Of a stretch of 33,147 nt of DNA, positions 1 through 8,058 are shown in pieces; position 1 is the first letter of the stretch, and every line of letters starts with the position of its first letter. The stretch lies in contig DAOPYU010000001.1 in assembly GCA_035353095.1 (NCBI GenBank), positions 1 through 33,147 on the forward strand, in the 5' to 3' direction. Source of the stretch: Candidatus Sumerlaeota bacterium. Its GTDB lineage: Bacteria; Sumerlaeota; Sumerlaeia; UBA8349. Both the position numbers and the translations under genes were made by a program. Below the pieces are notes generated by a model. It saw nothing but the letters and a program-made list of their open reading frames with translations, was not told the origin of the DNA and made no database searches.

Positions 1-898
1 CCGGCGGGCCGCCGAGAAGAACAGCGCCGTGTTGATTCTGGGAGAAAGCGGGACGGGGAAGGATCTGCTGGCGCGGGCGATCCATTTTCACAGTTCCCGC
101 CGTACCAAGCCGTTTATCCCGATCAATTGTGGCGCCATCCCGGAGAACCTGATCGAGAGCGAGTTTTTTGGCCACAAGAAGGGGGCCTTTACCGGGGCCG
201 ACTCGAACCGGCGCGGGTGTTTCGAGGAAGTGGCGGGGGGAACGATTTTTCTGGATGAAATCGGCGAAATGCCGCTCGACTTGCAGGTGAAATTGTTGCG
301 GGTCCTCGAGGAGCGGAAAATCCGCCGGATTGGGGACAATATCGAGCGTCCGGTGGATTTCCGCATTCTGGCGGCCACGAACCGTTCTCTGGCCGAGATG
401 GTCAAGGAGGGACGGTTCCGGCAGGATCTTTTCTACCGCCTCAATGTCTTGACGATCACGATTCCCCCTTTGCGCGAGCGGCGCGAGGATATTATCCCGC
501 TGGCGGAGAATTATCTGAAGAATCTGCAGAAGGAAATGCACAGCTCTGTGCGGACTTTCACGCCCGAGGCGCTGGCGATGCTACAGGCGTATGACTACCC
601 GGGCAACGTGCGCGAGTTGATCAATATCCTGCAGCGGGCGGTTCTGTTGTGCGACGGGGAAGTGATCGGGTCGCAGCATCTGCCCGAGGAGATCCAGGGC
701 GCCGAGTTTGTCGAAGATCGCTTCGAGCCCTCGAGTTTCGACCTGAAGGAAGAAATCCGCAAGGCACAGGAAGTGGTCGAGCAGCGCTTGATCCGCAAGG
801 CGTTGAAACAAACGGACAATAATCACAAAAAAGCGGCCGAATTGTTGGGAATTTCCCGGGGATCGCTTTACAACAAGTTGCAACAGTACGAAATTTGA
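1..898 (+). CDS. sigma-54-dependent transcriptional activator (NtrC/Fis family), 5'-truncated at the window edge; AAA+ sigma54-interaction domain plus C-terminal Fis-type HTH
   Basis: The frame of ORF 29..898 stays open to the window start. Motifs seen: Walker A GESGTGKD, sigma54-contact loop GAFTGA (HKKGAFTGAD), Walker B FLDEIGEM, YDYPGNVRELINIL signature, C-terminal HTH KKAAELLGISRGSLYNKL. Confidence 0.9.
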   Translation, partial: RRAAEKNSAVLILGESGTGKDLLARAIHFHSSRRTKPFIPINCGAIPENLIESEFFGHKKGAFTGADSNRRGCFEEVAGGTIFLDEIGEMPLDLQVKLLRVLEERKIRRIGDNIERPVDFRILAATNRSLAEMVKEGRFRQDLFYRLNVLTITIPPLRERREDIIPLAENYLKNLQKEMHSSVRTFTPEALAMLQAYDYPGNVRELINILQRAVLLCDGEVIGSQHLPEEIQGAEFVEDRFEPSSFDLKEEIRKAQEVVEQRLIRKALKQTDNNHKKAAELLGISRGSLYNKLQQYEI

Positions 899-963
899 GT
901 CTTGGGTTTCTGAAGGGTTCTTCGGGAACAGGTTCTTGAAGAGGGACTGGGGCTGGAGTGTAT

Positions 964-999
964 TTCCCGGCGGGGAATTTCTCTATTTTCTTTTTTTTT
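964..999 (+). terminator. possible weak intrinsic terminator after the sigma54 activator gene
   Basis: Short stem TTCCC-GGCG-GGGAA followed by a long T-rich tract (tttctctattttcttttttttt). The stem is only 5 bp, so this is weak. Confidence 0.3.
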
Positions 1000-1115
1000 C
1001 CTGCAGGCCGCTCTGGCTTTTGCGAAACTTCTGTGTTACGTTTCGACAAGGGGAAAAGGGTATTTCCCGGGGAAAAGGTTTGTTGAGGGGCATTCGAAAG
1101 GAGTGGCTGGTAAAA

Positions 1116-2144
1116 ATGATCGTGGTGATGGAGCGGGGCGCGTCGCAGGAAAAGTATGAAGCGGTGTTGGCCCGCATTCAGGATTTGGGTTACAGGGCGC
1201 ATCCCATTGTGGGGGTGGAGCGGACCGTGATTGGTTGTGTGGGACACGATGACAAGTCCCCTTTGCAGGTTTTGGAAACCATGCCGGGAGTCGAGGCGGC
1301 TATCCCGATTCTGCGTCCCTATAAACTGGTCAGCCGGGAGTGGAAGAAGCAGAGCAGCGTGTTGAATATTGCCGGAGTCAAGGTGGGCGGACCGGAACTG
1401 GTGGTCATGGCGGGTCCCTGTTCCGTTGAAAATGAGGAGCAGATCAATCTGGTGGCCCAGACCGTCCGCGCTGAAGGCGGACAGTTCCTGCGTGGGGGCG
1501 CGTTCAAACCCCGCACGTCCCCGTACAGTTTTCAGGGCTTGAAGGAAGACGGCCTGAAACTGATGCGTTCGGCTGCGGATGCGAATGGCCTGAAGATGAT
1601 TACGGAACTGGTCAGCACGGAGGATGTCGAGGTCCTGTGCGAGTTTTCCGACGTGATCCAGATCGGCGCGCGCAATGTGCAGAACTTTGCGCTGCTTCAG
1701 GCGGCAGGGCGCTCGGGCAAGCCGGTGCTGCTCAAGCGGGGTATGGCCACCACCATTGACGAGTACCTGATGGCGGCCGAGTATATCCTCTCCGAGGGCA
1801 ATCCGAACGTGCTGCTGTGCGAGCGGGGGATTCGGACGTTCGAGACCAGCACGCGTTTCACGCTGGATCTGAGTTTTATTCCCGTAGTGCGGGGGTTGAG
1901 CCATTTGCCCATCATCATTGACCCGAGTCATGGAACCGGGCATTGGCGTTATGTGGAACCGATGGCGATGGCCGCGGTGGCGGCGGGCGCCGATGGGTTG
2001 ATCATCGAGGTGCATCCGGACCCGGCGCACGCCAGTTCGGATGGGCCGCAGTCGCTCAAGCCCGCGAAATTCTCGGCCTTGATGGAACGTCTGCGCAAGT
2101 TGGCGCCGGCGGTGGATCGTGTGGCGCCTGCGCAACTGAGTTGA
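1116..2144 (+). CDS. aroF: 3-deoxy-7-phosphoheptulonate (DAHP) synthase, type I-beta with N-terminal ferredoxin-like/ACT-like regulatory domain (Thermotoga type)
   Basis: Internal ATG at 1116 is preceded by AAGGAG (1098-1103). N-terminus MIVVMERGASQEKYEAVLARIQ...ERTVIGCVG...LRPYKLVSRE, then GPCSVENEEQ and KRG...IIDPSHG, all typical of KDO8PS-like DAHPS. The upstream 60 codons of ORF 936..2144 are low-complexity and unlikely to be coding. Confidence 0.9.
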   Translation: MIVVMERGASQEKYEAVLARIQDLGYRAHPIVGVERTVIGCVGHDDKSPLQVLETMPGVEAAIPILRPYKLVSREWKKQSSVLNIAGVKVGGPELVVMAGPCSVENEEQINLVAQTVRAEGGQFLRGGAFKPRTSPYSFQGLKEDGLKLMRSAADANGLKMITELVSTEDVEVLCEFSDVIQIGARNVQNFALLQAAGRSGKPVLLKRGMATTIDEYLMAAEYILSEGNPNVLLCERGIRTFETSTRFTLDLSFIPVVRGLSHLPIIIDPSHGTGHWRYVEPMAMAAVAAGADGLIIEVHPDPAHASSDGPQSLKPAKFSALMERLRKLAPAVDRVAPAQLS

Positions 2145-2187
2145 GCGCTTGACGCACTTCTGGCCGAAGGATTTTCGGGGCGGACCC

Positions 2188-3990
2188 ATGATTGCAGACC
2201 TCGGCAGAATCCGGCAGAAACGAAAAGTCCGCCTGCGGTGGATCGCGGGCGGACTTTTTCTATTGGCCCTGTTCCTGCGGCTTGTGGAGTTGGACCGTGT
2301 CCCGGCGGGGTTCTTCCATGATGAGGCGGAAAAGGCCTACTCGGCTTACAGTGTGGCACGGGTCGGTGGGGTATTCGATTTTACGAAGTTACAATCTCGC
2401 GCTTCGGTTGGATGGGGGGGAGCGGCCGCTGTCACGCCCGCGTTTTCCCGTCATCCTCTTTTCGTCAACGTCTGGGGATCTTACACCTCAATGGCCTACC
2501 AGTACGGTGCCCTGCCGGTTTTGTCGGTGGCCGGTCTGGAAGTGCGAGCGGCCCGTTTGCCAGCGGCCTTGACGGGGGCCTTGACGGTTCTGGTGGCTTT
2601 TGTCCTGGCGTTGCGGCTTACGCGCCGCGCGCGTGTGGCGGTCTGGACGGCGTTGTTTCTGACGGTTTCGCCGTGGCATCTGGTGTTTTCGCGTTGGGCG
2701 GCCCAGGGGATTCTGGTTCCGCTTTTCCTGAGTCTGGCGGTGTGGGCGTGGTCCGGCGTTTTTCGGAAGGGGCGGGTTCGCCAGGGGCGGTTGTTGGTGA
2801 GTGCGGTCTGTTTTCCGCTCGCTTTTTATTGCTATTCCGGCGCCGAGCCGTTTCTGCTGGCGTTCTGGGGCTGGCTGGTCTGGATCGGACGGCGTGAAAT
2901 CCTGCGTCATGCGCGGGCGCTGGCGCCAGCCGCGCTGGTATTTCTGATCTTATTGATTCCCACCCTGGTGGCCCTTCTGGGGGGGAGTGGGGAAGGGATG
3001 GGGCGGTTCAACCGGCTTTCCGTCTGGGGAATGGACGCTCCGTTGACTTTCCGGGCTCTGGTGTTTCTCAAAAATTACCTCGCGCACTTCTCGCCTCAGT
3101 TTCTGTTTCTCTCCGGGGACGCCAATCCCCGCCATGCGGTCGAGGGTTTCGGGGAGATGTTGTGGATCGAAGCGCCGTTGCTGGTGGCGGGATTGTTTCG
3201 CGTGTGCAAGCGGGTCCGGAACCCCCGGGCGCGGGCCGAGCGGCTCCTGCTGGGGTGGTTTCTGCTGGCGCCGCTCAGCGCCGCCCTGACCAACGAGGGG
3301 ATTCCCCATGCGCTGCGGACCCTGCACGCCTTGCCCTGTCCCCAGATTCTCTGTGCGCTGGGGGGGCTGGAACTCGGGGGCTGGGTTCGGAGGCGCTGGA
3401 GGAAGGGATATTGGCTGGCGCGGGGTGGCGCGTTGGTCTGGGGACTGAACGCCGTCGTTTTTCTCGCCGCCTTCTTTGTTCTCTATCCCGTACAGTCCGC
3501 GCCCGTCTTTGAGTATGGACTGGGGCGGGCTCTGTCGGCTTTCCGGGAGAAGGGGGAGGCCCTTCAGAAGGAACAGAAAGACTCGAACCGGCGACTTTAT
3601 TTTCTGCCCGACGAACAGTTGCCGTTTGCCTGGGAACTGGTGGCGTTCCACCTGCGCATACCGCCTGAGGGCATCCGGGAAAAGGGGATGGAGGCTTTTC
3701 CCGTCACGCCGCTGAATCTTCAGGCGATTGATCCTCTTTCCCTGCTTCGAAAACTGAACCCGGGCGATGCGGTTCTGGTGTCGCAACCGGTATTTGACCG
3801 TTTTTACCGCGAGAACCTGGAACGGACCCAGTTCGAGATCGCGCCTTTCTCCGACCGTCCCGACCGGGTCGAATGGCCCTACCGCCAGACGATCGAGGCC
3901 GCGATCGGCGAATTCCTGCCGACAGTCGGACGCATCCTGAACCCCGAAACGCCGGAAGGGTCCGGGTGCGTTCTGGTGACGAAGAAATAA
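2188..3990 (+). CDS. polytopic GT-C glycosyltransferase, family 39/83-like (PMT/ArnT-type, dolichyl/undecaprenyl-phosphate-sugar dependent)
   Basis: Many predicted TM helices. First-loop acidic motif FFHDEAEKAYSAY is typical of PMT/ArnT GT-C enzymes. There is a soluble C-terminal domain of about 150 aa. Start is ambiguous (TTG 2149 or ATG 2188). Confidence 0.7.
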   Translation: MIADLGRIRQKRKVRLRWIAGGLFLLALFLRLVELDRVPAGFFHDEAEKAYSAYSVARVGGVFDFTKLQSRASVGWGGAAAVTPAFSRHPLFVNVWGSYTSMAYQYGALPVLSVAGLEVRAARLPAALTGALTVLVAFVLALRLTRRARVAVWTALFLTVSPWHLVFSRWAAQGILVPLFLSLAVWAWSGVFRKGRVRQGRLLVSAVCFPLAFYCYSGAEPFLLAFWGWLVWIGRREILRHARALAPAALVFLILLIPTLVALLGGSGEGMGRFNRLSVWGMDAPLTFRALVFLKNYLAHFSPQFLFLSGDANPRHAVEGFGEMLWIEAPLLVAGLFRVCKRVRNPRARAERLLLGWFLLAPLSAALTNEGIPHALRTLHALPCPQILCALGGLELGGWVRRRWRKGYWLARGGALVWGLNAVVFLAAFFVLYPVQSAPVFEYGLGRALSAFREKGEALQKEQKDSNRRLYFLPDEQLPFAWELVAFHLRIPPEGIREKGMEAFPVTPLNLQAIDPLSLLRKLNPGDAVLVSQPVFDRFYRENLERTQFEIAPFSDRPDRVEWPYRQTIEAAIGEFLPTVGRILNPETPEGSGCVLVTKK

Positions 3991-4066
3991 ACAGGATTTA
4001 CAGGATTAACAAGATAAAGTTGCGTTTCATCTTGTTAATTCCGTAAATCCTGTTTGTGTTTTTTGG
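3991..4066. terminator. long AT-rich hairpin (25-bp arms, 2 mismatches) plus T-tract between convergent GT39 and folD; probable bidirectional terminator or REP-like element
   Basis: Left arm ACAGGATTTACAGGATTAACAAGAT (3991-4015) and right arm ATCTTGTTAATTCCGTAAATCCTGT (4029-4053), with a 13-nt loop, followed by TTGTGTTTTTTGG. Confidence 0.6.
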
Positions 4067-4067
4067 A

Positions 4068-4955
4068 TTATTCTCCAGCGGCGCGTTTGGCCGCTTCGAG
4101 GGTGTTGGTCATGAGCATGGCGATGGTCATGAGGCCCACCCCGCCGGGGACGGGGGTGATGGCCGAGGCGACTTCGCGGACGGATTCATAGTGGACATCC
4201 CCGACCAGACGGTACCCTTTCGCCTGCGTGGGGTCTTCGACCCGGTTGATGCCGACGTCAATGACCACTGCGCCGGGTTTGACGTATTCGGGCGTGATCA
4301 TTTCGGGCTGGCCCAGGGCGGCGATCAGGATGTCGGCCTCGCGGCAGAGGGCGGGCATATCCACGCTGCGCGAGTGGACCATGGTGACGGTGGCATCGGC
4401 GCCTTTGCCCTTGCGCGCCAGGAGGAGGGCGAGGGGTTTGCCGACGATATTGCTCCGTCCGGCCACGACGACGCGCTTGCCCTTGGTTTCGATCCCCGAG
4501 CGGATCAGCATTTCGATAACCCCCTTGGGGGTACAGGGGACGAAAGCGGGCAATCCGAGGGCCAGACGGCCGAAATTCATGGGATGAAAACCGTCCACGT
4601 CCTTGGCCGGGTCAATACGGTCGAGGAGGTATTGTTCGTCGAGATTGCCGGGCAGGGGCAATTGCAGCAGAATCCCGTGGACCCGTTTGTCTGCGTTGAG
4701 TCTGGCGATATCATCGGCGATTTCCTGGAGGCTGGCGGTGGCGGGGAGGGCGTGGACCTCACTGAACCACCCCATTTTTTTGCAGGTTTTTTCTTTACCC
4801 CGGACATAGGATTGGGAGGCCGGGTCTTCTCCGACGAGGATGACGACCAGTCCGGGCACGATGCCGGTCCGTTCGGTAAAGGCTTTGGCTTCGGCTTCGG
4901 TTTCCGCCAGAATGGCGTCGCGCATGATTTTTCCGTCAATAATCTGAGCCGTCAT
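4068..4955 (-). CDS. folD: bifunctional 5,10-methylene-tetrahydrofolate dehydrogenase / 5,10-methenyl-THF cyclohydrolase
   Basis: MTAQIIDGK...PGLVVILVGEDPASQSYVRGKEK...LQLPLP...HPMNFGRL...CTPKG...VVVAGRSNIVGKPLALLL...TPVPGGVGLMT are canonical FolD motifs. ATG at 4955 is preceded by GGAGGA. The upstream 50 codons of ORF 4068..5105 are non-homologous. Confidence 0.95.
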   Translation of the reverse strand: MTAQIIDGKIMRDAILAETEAEAKAFTERTGIVPGLVVILVGEDPASQSYVRGKEKTCKKMGWFSEVHALPATASLQEIADDIARLNADKRVHGILLQLPLPGNLDEQYLLDRIDPAKDVDGFHPMNFGRLALGLPAFVPCTPKGVIEMLIRSGIETKGKRVVVAGRSNIVGKPLALLLARKGKGADATVTMVHSRSVDMPALCREADILIAALGQPEMITPEYVKPGAVVIDVGINRVEDPTQAKGYRLVGDVHYESVREVASAITPVPGGVGLMTIAMLMTNTLEAAKRAAGE

Positions 4956-5148
4956 GTCGAAGAGGTCCTCCAATTTTATTGGTAGGTGAGGTGACCCTGC
5001 CGGGTCAAACGACACCCTGTGGGCCGAAAATACGGGAATTGTCCGATGGGTGCAAGTGGAATATCGGGGTGTTGCCGGAACTCGGGTGTCATCTTTACAT
5101 AACATTTATATTTATGGAGTTATCGAGTGATCTTCACGAGACAAGAGA

Positions 5149-6483
5149 TCACGGGAGGGAGTGACCGAGCGTTTGGGTATCGCGGTATTGGGCTATCTGC
5201 GCGGCGAGGACTTCCTGTTCACGCCAGTTGCCATAAGCTGCGCCGCTGGGGACCAGACGGGTGTGGAGGGCTTCGAGGATACGGGGTGTGATCTGGCCGG
5301 GGGGGCAGTGGGCGAAACGCGTCTGGGGGATGGGCAGGAAGGTATGCGTGTGGATCCGGGCGCCCAGGGCGACCAGTTCGTCCATGAAATCGAGGGTGGC
5401 TTCCTGATCCGCCTCGGTTTCGCCGGGCAATCCGAAGATGAAGTCCACGTTGGCCTTCAGTCCGTTACGCAGGATACAGGCGGCGGCGCGCCGCGCTTCG
5501 TCCACCGTGTGGCCCCGGTGGCACAGGCGCAGAACCCGGTCGCTGCCTGACTGCGCGCCGATCACGAGGTTGGTGTTGGTGGCGTACTCGAGGACCATCG
5601 CGACCATTTCGTCGTTGACGTGTTCGGGGCGGACCTCGGACGGGAAGGAGCCGAAATAGATACGCCCTTCGGTTCCGGCGATCTCGCGCGCCCCGTGCAA
5701 CAGGGTGCGGACCGCTTCGGGGTTCAGTTGCCGCCCGTCGGGAGAGCCGTATCCGAAGGCGTTGGGGGTGATGAAGCGGTAATCGGTTCGGCCCGCTTTG
5801 CGCATGACCTCCATGTTGCGCCAGACGGATTCGGGGCTGCGATGGCGGGGGCGGGTGTTGTGGAGTTTTGAAATCTGGCAGAACGCGCAGGCAAACGGGC
5901 ATCCCCGGGTCAGTTCGATGTGGCCGCAGCGGTTGCCGTCTCGGGTGGGGAAGGGCGGGTACGCGTTCAGGTCAATGGGGGGAGTACCGGCATTTTGGCG
6001 GAGTTGGCCCTTTTCATCCAGAGAGGCCATCCCCGGGACGTCTCGCCACTCGCGATTCTCGACCAGACGCAGAACCAGGTCCACGAATGCGGCTTCCCCT
6101 TCTCCGGCGATGACGGCCTGGAACCCGAGATTCAATGTCCCCAGGGGATCGGCGGTCGGGTGGGGGCCACCCGCCACCAGAAAGACGCCGGAATGCGCAA
6201 AATCGGGGGCTGATGTCTGGTCCAACTCCAATACTTCCAGAAGTTTCCACATCCATTGACGGGTTTCGACAAACTGGATGGAGTTCAGGGAGACGGCGAT
6301 CAGAACCGGCTGTCCGGCGCGTTTCAGTTCGGCGGCGCGCGCCACCAGGTCGCGGGGGTAGAGGGGGTATTCCAGCGTCAGATCGCGCAGCTTCGGGTGT
6401 GTCTCCAGAGCGCCTGCCAGAGCGTGGATGCTGTACCGGTTGCCTTTGAAGTAGGAGAAGAGGATGGTTGGCGAAGGACCCAT
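5149..6483 (-). CDS. B12-binding-domain radical SAM protein (resembles the MJ_1487-type family), function unknown
   Basis: CX3CX2C cluster motif in ELTRGCPFACAFCQ. N-terminal Rossmann-like B12-binding-type domain (VFLVAGGPHPT). GAQSGSDRVL and DFIFGLPGET elements are typical of class B/elongator-like radical SAM enzymes. Confidence 0.8.
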   Translation of the reverse strand: MGPSPTILFSYFKGNRYSIHALAGALETHPKLRDLTLEYPLYPRDLVARAAELKRAGQPVLIAVSLNSIQFVETRQWMWKLLEVLELDQTSAPDFAHSGVFLVAGGPHPTADPLGTLNLGFQAVIAGEGEAAFVDLVLRLVENREWRDVPGMASLDEKGQLRQNAGTPPIDLNAYPPFPTRDGNRCGHIELTRGCPFACAFCQISKLHNTRPRHRSPESVWRNMEVMRKAGRTDYRFITPNAFGYGSPDGRQLNPEAVRTLLHGAREIAGTEGRIYFGSFPSEVRPEHVNDEMVAMVLEYATNTNLVIGAQSGSDRVLRLCHRGHTVDEARRAAACILRNGLKANVDFIFGLPGETEADQEATLDFMDELVALGARIHTHTFLPIPQTRFAHCPPGQITPRILEALHTRLVPSGAAYGNWREQEVLAAQIAQYRDTQTLGHSLP

Positions 6484-6802
6484 ATGGGCGCAGGATAAGG
6501 GGAAGTGAGGGGAGATTCAAGGTCTATTTTTGTCAGAGGGAGGGCCCGATGTATCGGGAAGAGCAGGCAGAACGGTTCCGATTTCGATGTCTGTGTTTTT
6601 GTATATTTCTGGATTTGAAGGGGTTGAATCATTTTTTATGAATGGACGCTTTAAGGTGGGTGGGGCGGAACATTTTTCGTTTTCCCGGGGATTGAGGGCC
6701 AAAAAGTGCTTGAACTTCGTTCTCGTTTTCCTTAAGTTGAGGGAGCAACTCAAGTTGCATCCGTGGGTGGATTTTATCCTGTGAAAGTAGGTTTTAATCT
6801 AG

Positions 6803-7930
6803 ATGAAGCTCTCCTTTGAAAAAGAACAATTGGTCTATGCCACCACTGCCACGCACGGTGTTGCGAACCCGCAGAGCAGCCTGCCCATTCTGGGCAATAT
6901 CCTGATCTCCGCCGATGCCGACGGGGCCGTGACGTTCGAGGCCAGCGATATGGAAGCCTGTGTGCGATGCAAGGCGGAAGGAGAGGTCCTGGAACTCGGC
7001 GCCATCACGGTGCCTGCCAAGATGTTTCACAGTATCGTCAAGCAATTGCCTTCAGGCCGTGTGGAACTGGAATTTTCCAACTCGCTGGCCAGCATCAAGT
7101 GCGGGGGAGATCAGTACCAGCTCACCACGCAGAGCGCCGAAGACTTTCCGAGCTGGCCGGATTTGCAGGCGGGCACCACGCTCTGCATCGAGCAGAAGAC
7201 CCTGAAAAAGATTCTGGGTAATGTCCTCTATGCGTTGCCGTTGCGCGACCCGCGCAAGGTGTTGCTCGGGGCCCTGTTCGACATTAAGAACAATGAACTG
7301 GTCTGTGTGACGACCGATGGGAAGAAACTGGGACTCTCGCGCTGTGACCTGCCGGAGGTCGAGGGGGTCCAACCCGCCTCGGCGATCATTCCTCACAAAA
7401 TTCTGACCGAGGTGCATCACAGCCTGAAAGACGAGGGGACGGTGCGCCTGTTGATCGGGGAACGTCAGGTGGCTTTCGACTTGGGGAACCTGCTCTATCT
7501 GAGCAACCGGATTGACGGGATTTTCCCCAATTACGAAATGGTGATCCCGAAGGAATTCTCGAAGCGCATTCCCTTGAATCGGAGTCGTTTCATTGAAGTG
7601 GTTCAGCGGGCGGCCCTGCTTTCCGAGGAGCGGAACAATTCGGTTATCATGCGTTTCGAGCAGGGTCGGATTCGCATCTCGTCGCGGACTTACGAAATGG
7701 GGTCCTATCAGGGCGTGCTCGAGGTGGACTACGATGGGGACGCCTTTGACATCGCCTTCAACCACGTTTATCTGAACGACACGTTGCGCGTGATCGCCAA
7801 TGAGACCATTGTCATGAAGATCATGCAGAACACGGCGCCGGTGGTGTTCGTCGAGACAAACGACGATAAGTCGCTGTTTCTGGTCATGCCGATCAAACTG
7901 ACGGATATTGCGGAGTTCAATGAGAGTTGA
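6803..7930 (+). CDS. dnaN: DNA polymerase III beta sliding clamp
   Basis: 375 aa. MKLSFEKEQL...LPILGNILISAD...DGKKLG...FPNYEMVIP...VMPIKL pattern is typical of DnaN. No dnaA lies upstream in this window. Confidence 0.95.
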   Translation: MKLSFEKEQLVYATTATHGVANPQSSLPILGNILISADADGAVTFEASDMEACVRCKAEGEVLELGAITVPAKMFHSIVKQLPSGRVELEFSNSLASIKCGGDQYQLTTQSAEDFPSWPDLQAGTTLCIEQKTLKKILGNVLYALPLRDPRKVLLGALFDIKNNELVCVTTDGKKLGLSRCDLPEVEGVQPASAIIPHKILTEVHHSLKDEGTVRLLIGERQVAFDLGNLLYLSNRIDGIFPNYEMVIPKEFSKRIPLNRSRFIEVVQRAALLSEERNNSVIMRFEQGRIRISSRTYEMGSYQGVLEVDYDGDAFDIAFNHVYLNDTLRVIANETIVMKIMQNTAPVVFVETNDDKSLFLVMPIKLTDIAEFNES

Positions 7931-7972
7931 GTGAAGTCGTTTCGATTTGAGTGACCGCCGAAATTTGTCTCT

Positions 7973-8014
7973 TTGCCCCTCCCGGTGTGCGTCTGGAGGG
8001 GCAAAAATTTTTTT
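7973..8014 (+). terminator. intrinsic terminator downstream of dnaN
   Basis: Perfect 10-bp stem TTGCCCCTCC (7973-7982) / GGAGGGGCAA (7995-8004) with a 12-nt loop, then AAATTTTTTT. Confidence 0.7.
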
Positions 8015-8058
8015 GTGCCGGAGATTTTTTTTTCGAAATTTCTGTTGGTCCGGGCGAA

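Noticed and set aside
899-1115. Sigma54 (-24 GG / -12 GC) promoter near the sigma54 activator gene and in other intergenic regions (11409-11923, 32023-32255)
   Set aside because: I found no TGGCAC-N5-TTGC-like string with correct GG-N10-GC spacing by eye. The activator's target is probably outside the window.
621-2189. 522-aa minus-strand ORF antisense to the sigma54 activator 3' end and the DAHP synthase gene
   Set aside because: It is Arg/His/Pro/Gly-rich and low-complexity with no recognisable motifs. The opposite strand encodes an unmistakable DAHP synthase. This is a typical high-GC shadow ORF.
4056-4985. 309-aa plus-strand ORF over folD. The same pattern applies to 7052..8203 (-) over dnaN, 7951..8859 (+) over the cupin gene, and 10113..10973 (+) over the SBBP gene.
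   Set aside because: All are antisense to genes with strong family signatures and have biased (Gly/Asp/His or Arg-rich) composition.
4956-5148. Possible ZTP (pfl) or THF riboswitch in the folD leader
   Set aside because: I read the minus-strand leader and did not find the conserved ZTP cores (GGGUCGUGACUGGCG... / CCGCCUGGGC) or THF-like elements. Only small generic hairpins are present.
6530-6784. 84-aa plus-strand ORF in the spacer upstream of dnaN
   Set aside because: No RBS and odd composition in an AT-rich non-coding-looking region. It more likely covers promoter or origin-type sequence.
6775-6788. GTGAAAGT 8-mer upstream of dnaN, identical to the right half of the lexA-promoter palindrome
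   Set aside because: Only a half-site is present, with no ACTTTC partner. An 8-mer is expected about once by chance in both strands of a 33-kb window.
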